Source: Octopus sinensis (lineage: Eukaryota). From it: 64,000 nt of DNA. The notes under the pieces were generated by a model. The model ran no database searches. It saw nothing but the letters and a program-made list of their open reading frames with translations, and had not been told where the DNA came from. The translations under genes were made by a program, and so were the position numbers. The DNA is taken from positions 12,276,001 through 12,340,000 of the forward strand of contig NC_043014.1 in the NCBI RefSeq assembly GCF_006345805.1, given 5' to 3'. Of the stretch, positions 1-12,671 are shown piece by piece. How positions within the stretch are numbered: the stretch's first letter is position 1; each line of letters starts with the position of its first letter.

Positions 1-59
1 CTTTCTTCCAAAGAATCTAGTGCTCTTAACTTAGATTTTCTTGGGGCCGGCCATATTAG

Positions 60-220
60 AGCAGTCTCGAGAGTAACCGGCCGAAGCTGCAAAGACGATC
101 TGGTACTCGACTGAAGATTGAAGCTCCGAATGACCCGTTCTTGTTTTTTCCCTGTCGTGTTTTATATCGTCTAACTGTCCGAATGTTTTGTAGTCGCCTG
201 TTACATTCTTGTTCCATTGA
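60..220 (+). mobile_element. Interspersed repeat fragment, same family as 13500-13610 (opposite strand)
   Basis: actgaagatt..gaatgacccg..tatcgtct..gaatgttttg matches the reverse complement of 13500-13610; family not identified. Confidence 0.5.
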
Positions 221-286
221 AAAAAAATTATATATACATATAGCGGCGTACGTACACTTTTGGTCTCCCGTATGTAAGTACACACA

Positions 287-324
<38 letters not shown>

Positions 325-679
325 TACACACACATATGTGCATTTACTTTCATGAATACGTGTGCGTATATAAGTTTGAAGGAGCGGGTTGTTTAGGGGT
401 GGTGGCGAACATATATTTCTCAGTAAGTCACGTTGTTAAACAAATCTCACGTCTCCATTACAACGGATTTGAAATCCAATAAACACATAAAATTTATTTA
501 ACAGCAACAAACGACCAGACTGAAACGTATAAACAAAAGAAAACAATCTCGGTTGAAACAATATCACAAATGAAAACCTCCATTGGTAAGAAAATGTCGT
601 CGAGGGAAGACGACAAGCAAAAGTCTTTTGTTACCATTCCTTCTTTCTTTCGATAAATCGTACTTTCATTCATTCAATA

Positions 680-733
680 TTTCTTTCTTTCTTTCTTTCA
701 ATATTTCTTTCCTTCTTTCTTTCTTTGAATATT

Positions 734-765
<32 letters not shown>

Positions 766-818
766 TCCTTCGTTCTTTCTTTCTGTTCTTTCCTTCTTTC
801 TTTCTTTCTTTCCTTTTT

Positions 819-874
<56 letters not shown>

Positions 875-962
875 TCATTCTTTCCTTCTTTCTTTCTTTC
901 TTCTTTCTTTCTTTCTGTCAGTCTGTCTGTCTATCAGCCTTCCTTCCTTCCTTCCTCCTTCC
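680..962. repeat. (TTTC)n microsatellite
   Basis: Direct reading; explains the FLSF/KERK ORFs. Confidence 0.97.
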
Positions 963-1847
963 TTCCACCATTTTTTTTATTCGTTTCAGTTTCCTTTTTT
1001 TTTAAAAAAAAGTCGATTCAAATTGTTTTTGCCGTTGTTGTTGTGTTGTTGTTGTTGTTATATTTATATTTATTTATTTATCAAACATCATTTACATAAG
1101 TGGCCATATTTTTTTTTCTCTCTCTCGCTTTAATTGGATAAACATTTCGTTTTTCCGCTATCTAATTCCATGTTTTCAACAATCCCTGTAACAGAAACCT
1201 TGTCAACAATATTATATATAGAAAAAAGAAAAAAAAAAAAAGAAAGAAAAAGCAAAACACGAAAAAAAAAAACTGTTCCAGAACTTTTCATTTGTTTCCG
1301 ATCTGTTTTGTGCATTTGTTTTTTTCATTCGTCATCATGGTATTTCTTCGTATTTTTTTTATTTCGCATTTTTCTCATGGCTTAAAGCACACACTAACAC
1401 ATGCACACACACTAACACGCACAAAGGCACACACATACATACTCATACACACATATCTACATACAGATACTCAACAATATACTCAGGCAGGCATACATTC
1501 ATTAGTAAGTATATTTTTGTAAACAAAGCATCGAAATGCATACACTTGCGCACGCATGAGCGCCCGCACACACGAAGAAAAATGTCTCAAGTGCTGGTGA
1601 TTTGCAAGCACACATACACATACACGCAAGCAAGCACACACAATTTGATAGAGCTGTTTGTCCAAGTAGTGTATTATACGCCGCATGTTTCCTTTATATA
1701 ACAAACAAAGACGCGAATGTACTCAATACAATATAGTAAGGTTTATTTATGAGGTGTTTTTGTGGCCTGAAACTCGGACTTTCAACGAAATGGAAGATAA
1801 GTTTCTTACAATCATACATGCGTGATGGCTGAAAATTCGCACACGAA

Positions 1848-2204
1848 TTGACAAGGACCGAAAATTTTGGGGAGGTGGGGCAGTCGATTAGATCGACCCC
1901 AGTGTGCAACTGGTGCTTAATTTATCGATCCCCGAAAGGATGAAAGGCAAAATCGACCTCGGCGGAATTTGAACTCAGAACGTAAAGACAGACGAAATAC
2001 CTATTTATTTACTACCCACAAGGGGCTAAACAGAGGGGACAAACGGATTAAGTCGATTATATCGACCCCAGTGCGTAACTGGTACTTATTTAATCGACCC
2101 CGAAAGGATGAAAGGCAAAGTCGACCTTGGTGGAATTTGAACTCAGAACGTAACGGCAGACGAAATACCGCAAAGCATTGCGCCCGGCGTGCTAACGTTT
2201 CTGC
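1848..2204 (-). mobile_element. Meta-type tRNA-derived SINE (OK-like), partial copy plus near-full copy
   Basis: Reverse complement of gaggtcgactttgcctttcatcctttcggggtcgat..aagtaccagt core, tRNA-like head, tail ending gtgggtagtaaa. Confidence 0.85.
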
Positions 2205-2519
2205 AAGGTTTTTTACTCGGATATACCCTCCTAGTCATTCAATATTTAAATTCCCCAGATCTCAGTGGATCCGCTGCCCAAACCAACCGGAACTTTCAAA
2301 AATATCTTTCAAAAGAAATCTTTCAAAAAGACCATTCTGAAAATGGTCTTTCCATTTCTTTAGTCGATCTGTGTTATGAGACTTTTAAGTTTGCCTGTTT
2401 TACCTGGCCACTGAATTTACTAACAGGGCCAACATTAAATTTTGTTGTTAAAATTTATCGACAAAAAACTGGCTACACTTCTGCTGTACATAAAATGTTT
2501 TAACAATTTTTAAAAATAC

Positions 2520-2706
2520 ATATATATATACATATATACATATATACGACGGGTTTCTTTCAGTTTCCGTCTACCAAATCCACTCACAAGGCTTTGGTCG
2601 GCCCGAGGCTAAAGTAGAAGACACTTGCCCAAGATGTCACGCAGTGGGACTGAACCGGGAACCATGTGGTCGGTAAGCAAGCTACTTACCACACAGCCAC
2701 TCCTGC
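2520..2706 (-). mobile_element. CORE-type tRNA SINE (OR-like), 5' half
   Basis: Reverse complement of ggagtggctgtgtggtaagtagc..gggcaagtgtcttc. Confidence 0.85.
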
Positions 2707-3523
2707 TTTGATTTTAAATTTATTGAGGATGCATTTTACTATGCGATGCGTTAATGAGAAAATTTCCATAGGTAGTAAGTTTTGGGGGAGTTGATTTACG
2801 GTTTTGTTTCAAGCTCTTCAAATCTGTTTTTGATTTCTATGAGACACAGACTGCATGTTTCCTAGTTGTTAGTCACAGTAAACCAATCATACAGGAATTG
2901 CCATTGATTTAGAATTTATTGAAGTATAATTAATTCAAAACAATGTGAATAAATAAGCATTATTAGTCTGAACGCTAAAGGGTAGGACTCGAAATGCGAG
3001 ACTTCTTTTTCCTGGCAAACCAATTTATTACGCTTTTCAGCAGTATGTTAGAAATAACCTGCCGGCCATGTCTGGTTTACATTTTCCCCGACGTTGCTAG
3101 CACCCTCTAGATATCCATAAGCGTTAAATAAATCATATTGGTCTTTGCACTATAAATTCATTTATTGCTTTAGATGAGCTCCAAGTGAAAACGTTTTGTT
3201 TCAATGTACGCTTTCTGTATCACAGGATAGTGTGGCAGGCATAAGGTAAGGCGATGGGAATGAGCCACGAATTTCATATGAGGAGCCCAAAATGGTCTAT
3301 GCGAGCTCACACAACACAAAAGAGATGCACACACATTCACACCCCGTTATATATTTTTTTCTACTCTAGGCACAAGGCTCAAAATTTTGGGGGAGGGGGC
3401 CAGTCGATTAGATCGACCCCAGTGCGTAACTGGTACTTAATTTATCGACCCCGAAAGGAGGAAAGGCGGAATTTACATCAATGATATTAATAAGAACTTC
3501 AGAGTAACACATTGCAGCTTTCT

Positions 3524-3817
3524 TTCTCGCCCTTTCAAGCCTAGTCAGACTCATGGGCCCGATTTCCCGGTTTCTGTGGCGTATGTGTTCCCCCCAGTTG
3601 GACGGGATGCCAGTCCATCGCAGCGTTACCCAAGAAACAGGAAGAAAGAGAGAGAGAAAGTTGGGGCGAAAGAGTGCAACAGAGGGTCGCCACCACCCCC
3701 TGTCGGAGCTTCGTGGAGCTTTAGGTGTTTTCGCTCAATAAACACACACAACGCCCGATCAGGGAATCGAAACCGCGATCCTCCGATCGCGAGTCTGCTG
3801 CCCAACATTGCGCCTCA
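3524..3817 (-). mobile_element. tRNA-derived SINE with V-like domain
   Basis: Reverse complement of the 3904-4215 family. Confidence 0.8.
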
Positions 3818-3903
3818 ACAACACATTGCATACTGGATATAAGTTGTCATAATTTCCAGATTGGCCGAAGATTGCTTTCACGTGTTGATGCAATAATCAA
3901 TGT

Positions 3904-4215
3904 GGAGGTGCAATGACCCAGTGGTTAGGGCAACGGATTCGCGGTCAAAGGATCGCGGTTTCGATTCCCAGACCGGGCGTTGTGTGTGTTTATTGAGCGA
4001 AAACACCTAAAGCTCTACGATGCTCCGGCAGTGGGCGGTGGCAACCCCTGTTGTACTCTTTCGCCCCAACTTTCTCTCACTCTTTCTTCCTGTTTCTTGA
4101 GTAACGCTGCGATCGACTGGCGTCCCGTCCAGCTAGGGGGAGCACATACACCACAGAAACCAGGAAACCGGGCCCCAAGCCTGGCTAGGCTTGAAAAGGG
4201 CGCATAAATAAATAA
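3904..4215 (+). mobile_element. tRNA-derived SINE with V-like domain, full length
   Basis: A box ggaggtgcaatgacccagtggttag, B box ggtttcgattccc, gactggcgtcccgtccag, (taaa)n tail. Confidence 0.85.
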
Positions 4216-4737
4216 AACAATAATCAATAGCATTTTTTTTTTTTAGTTTTTAGGGTTCTAAATGACAGAAATTAACTGGAAAATTCTTATTGAAAAACTC
4301 CTTTTTTTTTTCAAGAGCACATTATTCGAAACATTTTATAGCCATGTTAGACTGTTTTCTTTGAAATCGCAGAATGAACAAACCAGAAAAAAAAAGAAGG
4401 AAAAAAAAAAACCAGAATCACATGAGCAAACTACAAAAGAAATAAAGCTGAAAAAACGAAAACAGACAGTGAAATTTAGTATTATATTACATATGTAAAA
4501 CTTACTATATATAGGTTTCAAACGTGGCCTCAAGAACCAGGCATGTATTCGATTGAATGTATTTTTCTTGACTGCTACTTAATTTATCGACCTCAAGAGA
4601 ATGAAAGGCAAAGTCGACTTAAACGACGGTTTCAATAACAGAACTTAAAAAGACGAAATACATGCTGCAAAGATTAATTTATTTCATTCTACCGTTTCTA
4701 CCAATACACGAATATTTATATATATATGAGAAAACCA

Positions 4738-4908
4738 TATGTATGTGTGTGTGTATGTATGTATGTATGTATGTATGTATGTATGTATGTATGTATGTAT
4801 GTATGTATGTATGTATGTATGTATGTATGTATGCATGTGTGTGTGCATGTATGCATGTATATATAAATATAAATGTGTGTATGTATATGTATGTGTGTGT
4901 ATGTATGT

Positions 4909-4943
<35 letters not shown>

Positions 4944-4968
4944 TATATATATATACATCACACACATA

Positions 4969-5008
<40 letters not shown>

Positions 5009-5047
5009 TGCCCTGAATTTATTGTATATATATATATAATATATATA

Positions 5048-5087
<40 letters not shown>

Positions 5088-5290
5088 TATATATATATAT
5101 ATTTGTAAACGTTACGTATATGATACATGTACATACGCATATATATATATATATATATAGATATATATATGTATGTTTGTATATATATGTTGGTATATAT
5201 ATGTGTGTGTATGTATACATATACATATATGCATATACATATGTATACATACATATATACACACCACAAATATATATACACATATATATA
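4738..5290. repeat. Compound (ATGT)n/(TA)n microsatellite
   Basis: Direct reading. Confidence 0.97.
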
Positions 5291-5749
5291 AAATAAAAAA
5301 TATAAATAAAAACCAATAAGGAAAGAAAGAAACCATTGTATTTTTTATATATATTTTGGGTATGGAATGGAAAGGCGTGGGGTTATTTTTGTCAGTGATT
5401 TTTTTTTTTTTTTTTGTCTTATGCTTCTCCGTTACTGGTGTGGAGAGACGTAATGGAGGTGGAAAAGGTGGAGGAGAGAGAGACGGTACGGACAGTTGGA
5501 GAAAATAAAACAAAACCCCCCGAAAAATACAATAAAAATGAAATAAAATGAAATAACGAAAATGCAACCATGGAACAATTCCAGTGGGGGAAGAACAAAA
5601 AAAAAAAGTGAAGTGGAAATAAGCTACGTTAAGAGAATATAATAGACTTGAACGATGTCTGGTTTTTAAGAACTAGACTATAAACAACACTGATGTAATT
5701 GTTAAACTTAGAAAACTGTGTAAGCCTGATATTGGGTTTATACGTGTTC

Positions 5750-5783
<34 letters not shown>

Positions 5784-6040
5784 AAATATGTATACATACA
5801 CAGATATATGCATATTTGTATGCATGTTTGTAAGTATGCATATATGTGTGTATGTATGTTTCTATGTATGTACTGGTTTCGGCCCTTACCTCCAGATCGG
5901 AGCGCCTTTGCGAAAATATGGTGGGTCTTATATATATATATATATATGATAGTAGGATAGTTGGGAATATAATTCCAAACTTACAGGGAAAAATTATTCA
6001 ATTTAGCAATTCTAAATCAAATTTCCCAATATATAATATA

Positions 6041-6281
6041 TGTAAATAATTAAGAGAAATAACCTGTATTAAGCAATTCAATAGTGAAAGACATTATCCA
6101 CACCATACAGAAAAAATTAAATATACTATAATAAATATTATTAAAAAATCACTAAATTAATGTTTATTTAATTTAGTGGTTTTTAAAAATAATATTTATT
6201 ATAGTATAAATTTTTTTTCTATATGCTGTGGATAATGTCTTTCACTATTGAATTACTTAATACAGGTTATTTCTCTTAATT

Positions 6282-6288
<7 letters not shown>
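6041..6288. repeat. Fold-back palindrome, about 120-bp arms and 7-nt loop
   Basis: tgtaaataattaagagaaataacctg...caggttatttctcttaattatttaca; centre tgtttat at 6161-6167. Confidence 0.9.
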
Positions 6289-6334
<46 letters not shown>

Positions 6335-6558
6335 AATAATATTAGGGTAATAAGAAATTATTATTATCAATGGTCTAGCACAAAAAAATTAGTCAATATA
6401 TTATTCACATAAAAATATCGTGTGCATTAAAACACATTAAGAGGCTTCCAAATAGGAAAGCCTTGTGCAAGAAAGAGCAGTAGAAAACTCAAACCACTAA
6501 TTAGGGATAAATTCTCGAAAGGAATGAAAATTAAAAACGTTTACCATTTAATTTTGTT

Positions 6559-6625
6559 CCTAGGCCATGGTTTCTGACTAATTTCAGTAAAACAATATTC
6601 ACTGAGGCCAGTCTTCATCAGTAGG
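6559..6625 (-). ncRNA. Minimal type I hammerhead ribozyme motif (cleavage U mutated to C)
   Basis: ccta CUGAUGA a gactgg-[tcagtgaa/ttttactga]-ttagtc a GAAA ccatgg CC tagg. Confidence 0.7.
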
Positions 6626-7039
6626 TAGCCTTTAGATTTTAAATATACACACAAATAGATCCGCATGTAAACTCGCTGCCTTTATATTCGAACCTTTCAA
6701 ATCCACTGCGCAGATGCAGTTCATTTCCAGCGACAGAGAGGATGCTGGTAAAATTTCGAACAAATTTATCAAAAAATATTTAAACATAATAAATAATAAA
6801 AGGGTAATAAGAATTATAGAAATTATTATTATCAGTGGCCTAGCACAAAAAAAAAAGTCAAGATCTTCTGATCCAGTGATGTCTTGATCTACTGATCTAC
6901 TAATCTGTTAATCCATTGTTCTATTGATTCATTGTTCTGTTTATTCAGTGACCTTAATGATCCATTCGTCAAAGATATTATTAAATACGCGCAAAACGCA
7001 ATGGACGGTGCTGAGTTGTCAAACATTTAAACCAAATTT

Positions 7040-7326
7040 TCTCAAAACAACTTTGGCCTCCCCTTTGAGAAACATTGCTTTAATCTAAATTTGAGACACC
7101 AGCAAAAGACGGATTTCGACTGATGTACTTGCGCGTACAAATACACGTTCCCACGGCTTTATCGATCGCATTCTCATCTGGAATCGATTTTTGTAATTTT
7201 TTCAAGACTTATGCACGCCCTGATACCGTCGGTATCTACGTAGGAAATTTAAGCGCAATCGGATGGAAGATGCCCGAGATCCTAGAAGACACACACAGAC
7301 AGACAGAACGGATTTTATATAATAGA
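7040..7326 (-). mobile_element. Non-autonomous Helitron-like element, 5' part
   Basis: Reverse complement begins a|TCtattatataaaatccgttctgtctgtctg; 3' end not located. Confidence 0.45.
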
Positions 7327-7390
7327 TATGTGAAGATAAAATGGTTCTGATGAATAATTATGAATTAAAACATTCAGATATCCTTTAAAG

Positions 7391-7576
7391 AAGCGGTTCT
7401 CAAACTGCTGCTCCCAGAGCTGCATATGGCCCACGGCGGCCCCCGGTCGTCTTCCCTCAGTAAATATAATAAATTTTTCTTTAATTGGCTGCTGTTTTAT
7501 TCCTTTGGTTCCAGACCACCTAAAAAAAATCCAGGTTTTAGATCTGGCTCGGATATGAAAAGGTTGAGACCCATTG
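7391..7576. mobile_element. hAT/Charlie-type MITE
   Basis: Imperfect TIRs aagcggttctcaaac / gttgagacccattg, 8-bp TSD ctttaaag. Confidence 0.8.
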
Positions 7577-7732
7577 CTTTAAAGGGAGTTCAGAATCAGT
7601 CTGTATACACAACTAGATATAAATGTGTGTATGTGTGTCAGCCGTGTGTGTGTGTGTGTGTAAGGATGTTGTTAGGGGTTATGAATAACGAAAGAACAAT
7701 GTAGATGGATATATTCCAAAAATGCTTATACT

Positions 7733-7733
7733 G

Positions 7734-7806
<73 letters not shown>

Positions 7807-7814
7807 GTCTGCTA

Positions 7815-7850
<36 letters not shown>

Positions 7851-7862
7851 ACTTTCTATCTA

Positions 7863-7937
<75 letters not shown>

Positions 7938-7981
7938 GTATGTCTGTCTGTCTGTCTGTCTGTCTGCCTGTCTGTCTGTCG

Positions 7982-8013
<32 letters not shown>

Positions 8014-8078
8014 TTCTATCTATCTGTCTGTCTGTCGGTCTGTCTGTCGGTCTGTCTGTCTGTCTATCTATCTATCTT

Positions 8079-8113
<35 letters not shown>

Positions 8114-8150
8114 GTCTGTGTCTGTCTGTCTGTCTGTCTGTCTATATATC
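7733..8150. repeat. Compound (TATC)n/(TGTC)n microsatellite
   Basis: Direct reading. Confidence 0.97.
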
Positions 8151-8449
8151 CATCCATCCCTCCATTCTCCCATCCGTCTGTCAGTCCGCCCGTCCGGCCA
8201 TCCATCATCTATCCATCCACCTATGTGTGTATGTGTATGTGTGTGTGTGTGAGTGTGTAATCTGCCTCTTATACAAAGGCCATATTTGGACATCAGCCTA
8301 AGAGTATCAACTCTACATCTATCTCCATCTTCACAAACGCTTAGCTCTTTTGTCTCGAACACACGATATACAGGTCCTGTGTGTATGTGCGTGTGTATGT
8401 GTGTCTATATGTGTAGGTGTGTGTGTGTCAAATAAAAAAGTTCGGTAGC

Positions 8450-8549
8450 NNNNNNNNNNNNNNNNNNNNNNNNNNNNNNNNNNNNNNNNNNNNNNNNNNN
8501 NNNNNNNNNNNNNNNNNNNNNNNNNNNNNNNNNNNNNNNNNNNNNNNNN
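8450..8549. other. Assembly gap (100 N)
   Basis: Run of n. Confidence 1.
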
Positions 8550-9390
8550 TCCGAAGACCCGGCAAGACTAGTCAGTCCACCTGTGCATACCTTTCTTCTT
8601 GTGACACTTGTGAAGACCGGTTGAGGCAAGTGAAAATCAAATCAAATCAAATCAAAATAGACAAAATAGATGAACATCAATGGAATTTGTATCTGTGGTA
8701 CCAGTGCCTGTGGCACACAAGAAATCCATCAGTGCTGTAGTCAGTGCGGTGGGCACATGACAAACACCATCCGATCGTGGCTGTTCGCCAGCCTCATCTA
8801 GCACCTGTGTCGGTGGCACATAAAAACACCATCCGAAGACCCGGCAAGACTAGTCAGGCCTACCTGGGACGTAGTCAGTCCACCTGTGCATACCTTCCTT
8901 CTTGTGACACTTGTGAAGACCTGTTGAGGCAAGTGAAAATCAAAACAAATCAAAATAGATGAACATCAATGGAATTTGTATCTTTGTGGTACCAGTGCCG
9001 GTGGCACGTGGCACACAAGAAAACCATCCGAACGTGGCCGTAGCCAGTACCGCATCGACTGGCCTCCGTGCTGTGGGCACGTAACAAGCACCATCCGATC
9101 GTGGCCGTTTGCCAGCCTCATCTGGCACCTGTGTCGGTGGCACATAAAAACACCATCCGAGCGTGGCCGTCTGCCAGCCTCGTCTGGCACCTGTGTCGAT
9201 GGCACATAAAATCACCCACTACACTCTCGGAGTGGTTGGCGTTAGGAAGGGCATCCAGCTGTAGAAACACTGCCAGATCTGACTGGACTGGTGCAGCTTT
9301 CGGGCTCCCCAGACCCCAGTTGTACCGTCCAACCCATGCTAGCATGGAAAGCGGACGTTAAATGATGATGATGATGATGATGATGATATG
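8550..9390 (+). mobile_element. RTE LINE 3' end (two overlapping starts) with internal tandem units and (GAT)n tail
   Basis: gaagacccggcaag.., gtgccggtggcac units, gtggttggcgttaggaagggcatccagc, catgctagcatggaaagcggacgttaaatgatgat. Confidence 0.8.
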
Positions 9391-10571
9391 TATATATATA
9401 TATACATGTTTTTTCTGAATTTTTGTGAATATGTATAGAATAATATATCAGTTGAATGGCCTGGTTTTCACGTTTTTTATTATGGTATTTTACCATTAAA
9501 AAATATATATTTTGCAATGTTCATAAAGTTCATAATATTTATAATGCTCATAAAGTTGAATTAGAGCTTTCATACTTTCGTAGTAATCTTCAAATTTCAA
9601 AATGTATTTAATTGATAATTTTGAGTCGAAATCCAGCAGCTTCTATGGCTTACCTAAAATACATAAGTCAAAAGAAATTCAAAATGCCATAAAGGAACAA
9701 GGTAGTGAATATATAAAACTACTACAACCAAAAGACCCCTCATAGCAGGTCCAGCCTGTCCTACACATCGTCTGAGAAACCTCATTGACATTATCCTAAA
9801 ACCATTATGCAGTCACATACCCAGTCTCATTCGGGATGACATCGTTTTCCTATCACATGTGCCCAAAATTACAGAATCCAATTCATTGTTAGTTTTGATG
9901 TTACAAACTTATAGACGAATATTCCACATGATCTGGGAATTACTGCCATAAAATATTGGGTCGAGAGAAGCAATCCTCAGTAGATTTACTGTAACCTTCA
10001 TTCTAGACGCGGTCAGCTACATCTTCGAAAACAATACATTCCTTTTCAATGGAAAAAAACCTATCTCCATATTCAAGACACAGCTATGGGGTCGTGATTT
10101 GCTCCAGTTTTCGCGAACTCAGTATTGGGATACTTAGAAGAAAATCTACATAAAAAAATTGAAGAGAACTACAGCATGACCTTTAAAAGAGGACACATGG
10201 AAAAGATACTTTGATGATTGTTTCCTAATTTGGGCCAAACCCATAGAAACTCTGGAAGAATTCAGCACCCTCCTCAACAATCTACATCCTAGTCTAAAAT
10301 TCAGAAGAGAAATGAGCAATACACAATTACCATTTCTAATGGTAATTAAAAACAACACAATCACAAGTGATACTTATTATAAAAGCACAGATACATGCAA
10401 GTATCTATATTTCAAATCATGCCACCCAACACACACGAAACGCAACATCCCGTACTGTCTAGCCAAGAAAATTTGTACTATAGTAGATGATCTAAATACC
10501 AGAAATACAGAACTTGTAGAACATTAAAGATTTCTGCTCAAGCAAAATTATACTCTCCTACTTATAGAAAA

Positions 10572-10874
10572 CTAGCAGTATTGCCCGGCGTTGCTCAGGT
10601 TTGTAAGGGAAATAACTATATAAGCGTTTTTAGAGAGTTACTTCCCTTATATAAACCAAGCAAAAAATGCATTAAAAATGCGGAAAATGATAGTAAATTT
10701 TTTTTAAATCGTAGACTCATCGTAGATGCGCGTTAATACCCAGAAGGGCTCGATATGAATCATGACTATAAGATACCCGCTTTTGGTTAAACTGCACCGC
10801 AAAATGTGGAAGTAGTTAGGAATCTAAATCGGAGTAGACAGACACACACACAACTTCAGTTTTATATATAAAGA
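10572..10874 (-). mobile_element. Non-autonomous Helitron inserted in the Penelope element
   Basis: a|TC...subterminal hairpin..CTAG|t on - strand; removal restores LIEN-SIQQ reading frame. Confidence 0.85.
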
Positions 10875-11754
10875 TAGCATACAACAAGCAAATGGGATAG
10901 CTATAGAACTTAGAAAAAGACTAACCCATCAATGGAACAAAATACCATTTCTAGTAACACACAATCCGCACCACCAAAAGATTTTTAACATCATCAAAAC
11001 AAATGTGCCAATCATAAAACAAAGTGAAAAATTTTTTTTTAAATCATAACTAATCAAAAAATTTATCTTAAGCAAAAGGCAACCACATAACCTAAAGAAA
11101 CTTTTAACAAAGGTAAAATTCAACATGAAAAAGCAGGATAAAACATTTACAGTATCAAAGTGTAATAACAGATGTGCAACGTGTCAATAGAAACATACCG
11201 GTAGATCAATAGAACAAAAAAAATGGACAGATTTTTGCAAATGCAGATATGAAATGCAAAAGCAGAAATTTGATCTGCTGCATTAAATGACCAAATTGCG
11301 AGGAACAATATATAAGCGAGACAGGGAATACATTATCTGAACACTCACGAGTCCACAGACAATAAATCCAGAACACCAATGTTCGCCAAATTCCACTGAG
11401 TGAACATATAGAAACCTATGGTCAGAGAATGTTTCTAATTTTTCCTTTCCACAAACCACAAGACACAAGTGAGGTTGGATGAAAGATAAAAGAAAAACGG
11501 TTTATTAAAATGTTCAAACCTGTTCTGAATGGAAATAACAAATATATAATAACCAGTTAATGATGTGAATTAAAAAAATGTCTTTAACATATGAATATAA
11601 ACAAATTACAGAATATCAGTATGACCGGCATACTGTGATGTTTAAGCTGCATGCTGATTGGTTAAAAACCGTATTCCAAAAATTCAGCTTGTTGGAGCAT
11701 TCTAAGAGGTACTACAATTGTCAAGAACTCGACTGTCAGTTAAATACATTTTGA

Positions 11755-11792
11755 AATCTGATGATTACTATGAACGTATAAAAGCGCTAATT
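11755..11792 (+). ncRNA. Degenerate minimal hammerhead motif in the Penelope pseudo-LTR
   Basis: aat CUGAUGA ttac tatgaac gtat AAAA gcgc TA att; G12 lost. Confidence 0.5.
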
Positions 11793-12020
11793 GAACTTTA
11801 TTAACATTACAAAATATTTTTAATGTTAAAATACCATAATAAAAAGCATAAAAACTAGACCATGTTTTAACTTTATTCAACTGATATACGCATGTATATC
11901 TATCTATCTATCTATCTATCTACCTACCTACCTACCTACCTACCAACCAACCTACCTATCTCTCTCTCTCTCTCTCTCTTGCTCTCTCTGTATATATATA
12001 TATATATATATACATATATA

Positions 12021-12385
12021 CAGGGGTTGGACAAAATAATGGAAACACCTTAAAATTTCAAACAAATTAATTTTAATATGGGGCAGAACCGCCTTTGGCA
12101 GTAATTACAGCTTGAATTCTACAAGGTATGGACTCATATAAAGTGCCTTACGAGCACCAAGAACTTGACCTCTTTGAAAGTCCAATAGATCTGTAATTTT
12201 AATGAATTTTAATTACCTTTTTCTAATGATATCTGAAAAGAAACAGCAATTTTAGCAAAACATATTAAGCAACACTAATAATAAATCAAAAAACATAAAA
12301 ATATCAGGCTTTTGACAGTTTTACAGATATTTCAAAATTATGATGCTATGATGCTAGGGGTTTCTATCATTTTGTCCAACCCTTG
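12021..12385. mobile_element. Tc1/mariner-type MITE
   Basis: TIRs caggggttggacaaaataatggaaacacc / ggtttctatcattttgtccaacccttg, TA flanks. Confidence 0.85.
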
Positions 12386-12444
12386 TATGTATGTATATAT
12401 CGCCACTACACACATTTTTTTTCTCTCCTTGTTTCTTTGTGTTC

Positions 12445-12480
12445 CTTTCTGTGGAAGAGCGTAGGCTCGAAACGTTAAAG
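12445..12480 (+). ncRNA. Minimal hammerhead motif (A6 to U variant) in a short pseudo-LTR-like repeat (about 12410-12570)
   Basis: cttt CUGUGGA a gagc gtag gctc GAAA cg TT aaag. Confidence 0.6.
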
Positions 12481-12671
12481 ACTTTCAATTCCCGAGTGTT
12501 ATACTAATACATCTGTTTATTTTCTTCATCACTTGTCTTCCTCTTGCTTTTTTCGTGAATTCTCCCTATACACACACACACACACACATATATACATATA
12601 CATACATACATACATACATATGCACACACACACACATTTATGTATATATGCTTATATGTTATAATTAACAG

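Larger units (their letters stand above)
5945..6660 (-). mobile_element. Penelope pseudo-LTR-like repeat interrupted by a fold-back element
   Basis: Carries a hammerhead motif at 6559-6625; partial second copy at 6795-6860. Confidence 0.55.
9640..11880 (+). pseudogene. Penelope-like retroelement: decayed RT plus GIY-YIG endonuclease and 3' pseudo-LTR
   Basis: TAMGS, WKRYFDDCFLIW, YYKSTDT..YL.F.SCHP.HTKRNIPY; NLICCI..NCEEQYISET; FIKMFKPVLN. Confidence 0.9.

Noticed and set aside
60-130. CTGAAGA motif here and at about 13570 (-) as a hammerhead
   Set aside because: No GAAA after a paired stem II and no consistent stem I
7340-7385. CTGATGA with a 4-bp AU stem
   Set aside because: GAAA is absent and stem I does not pair
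8550-8960. Tandem duplication of the RTE 3' region
   Set aside because: Abuts the assembly gap and may be an artefact
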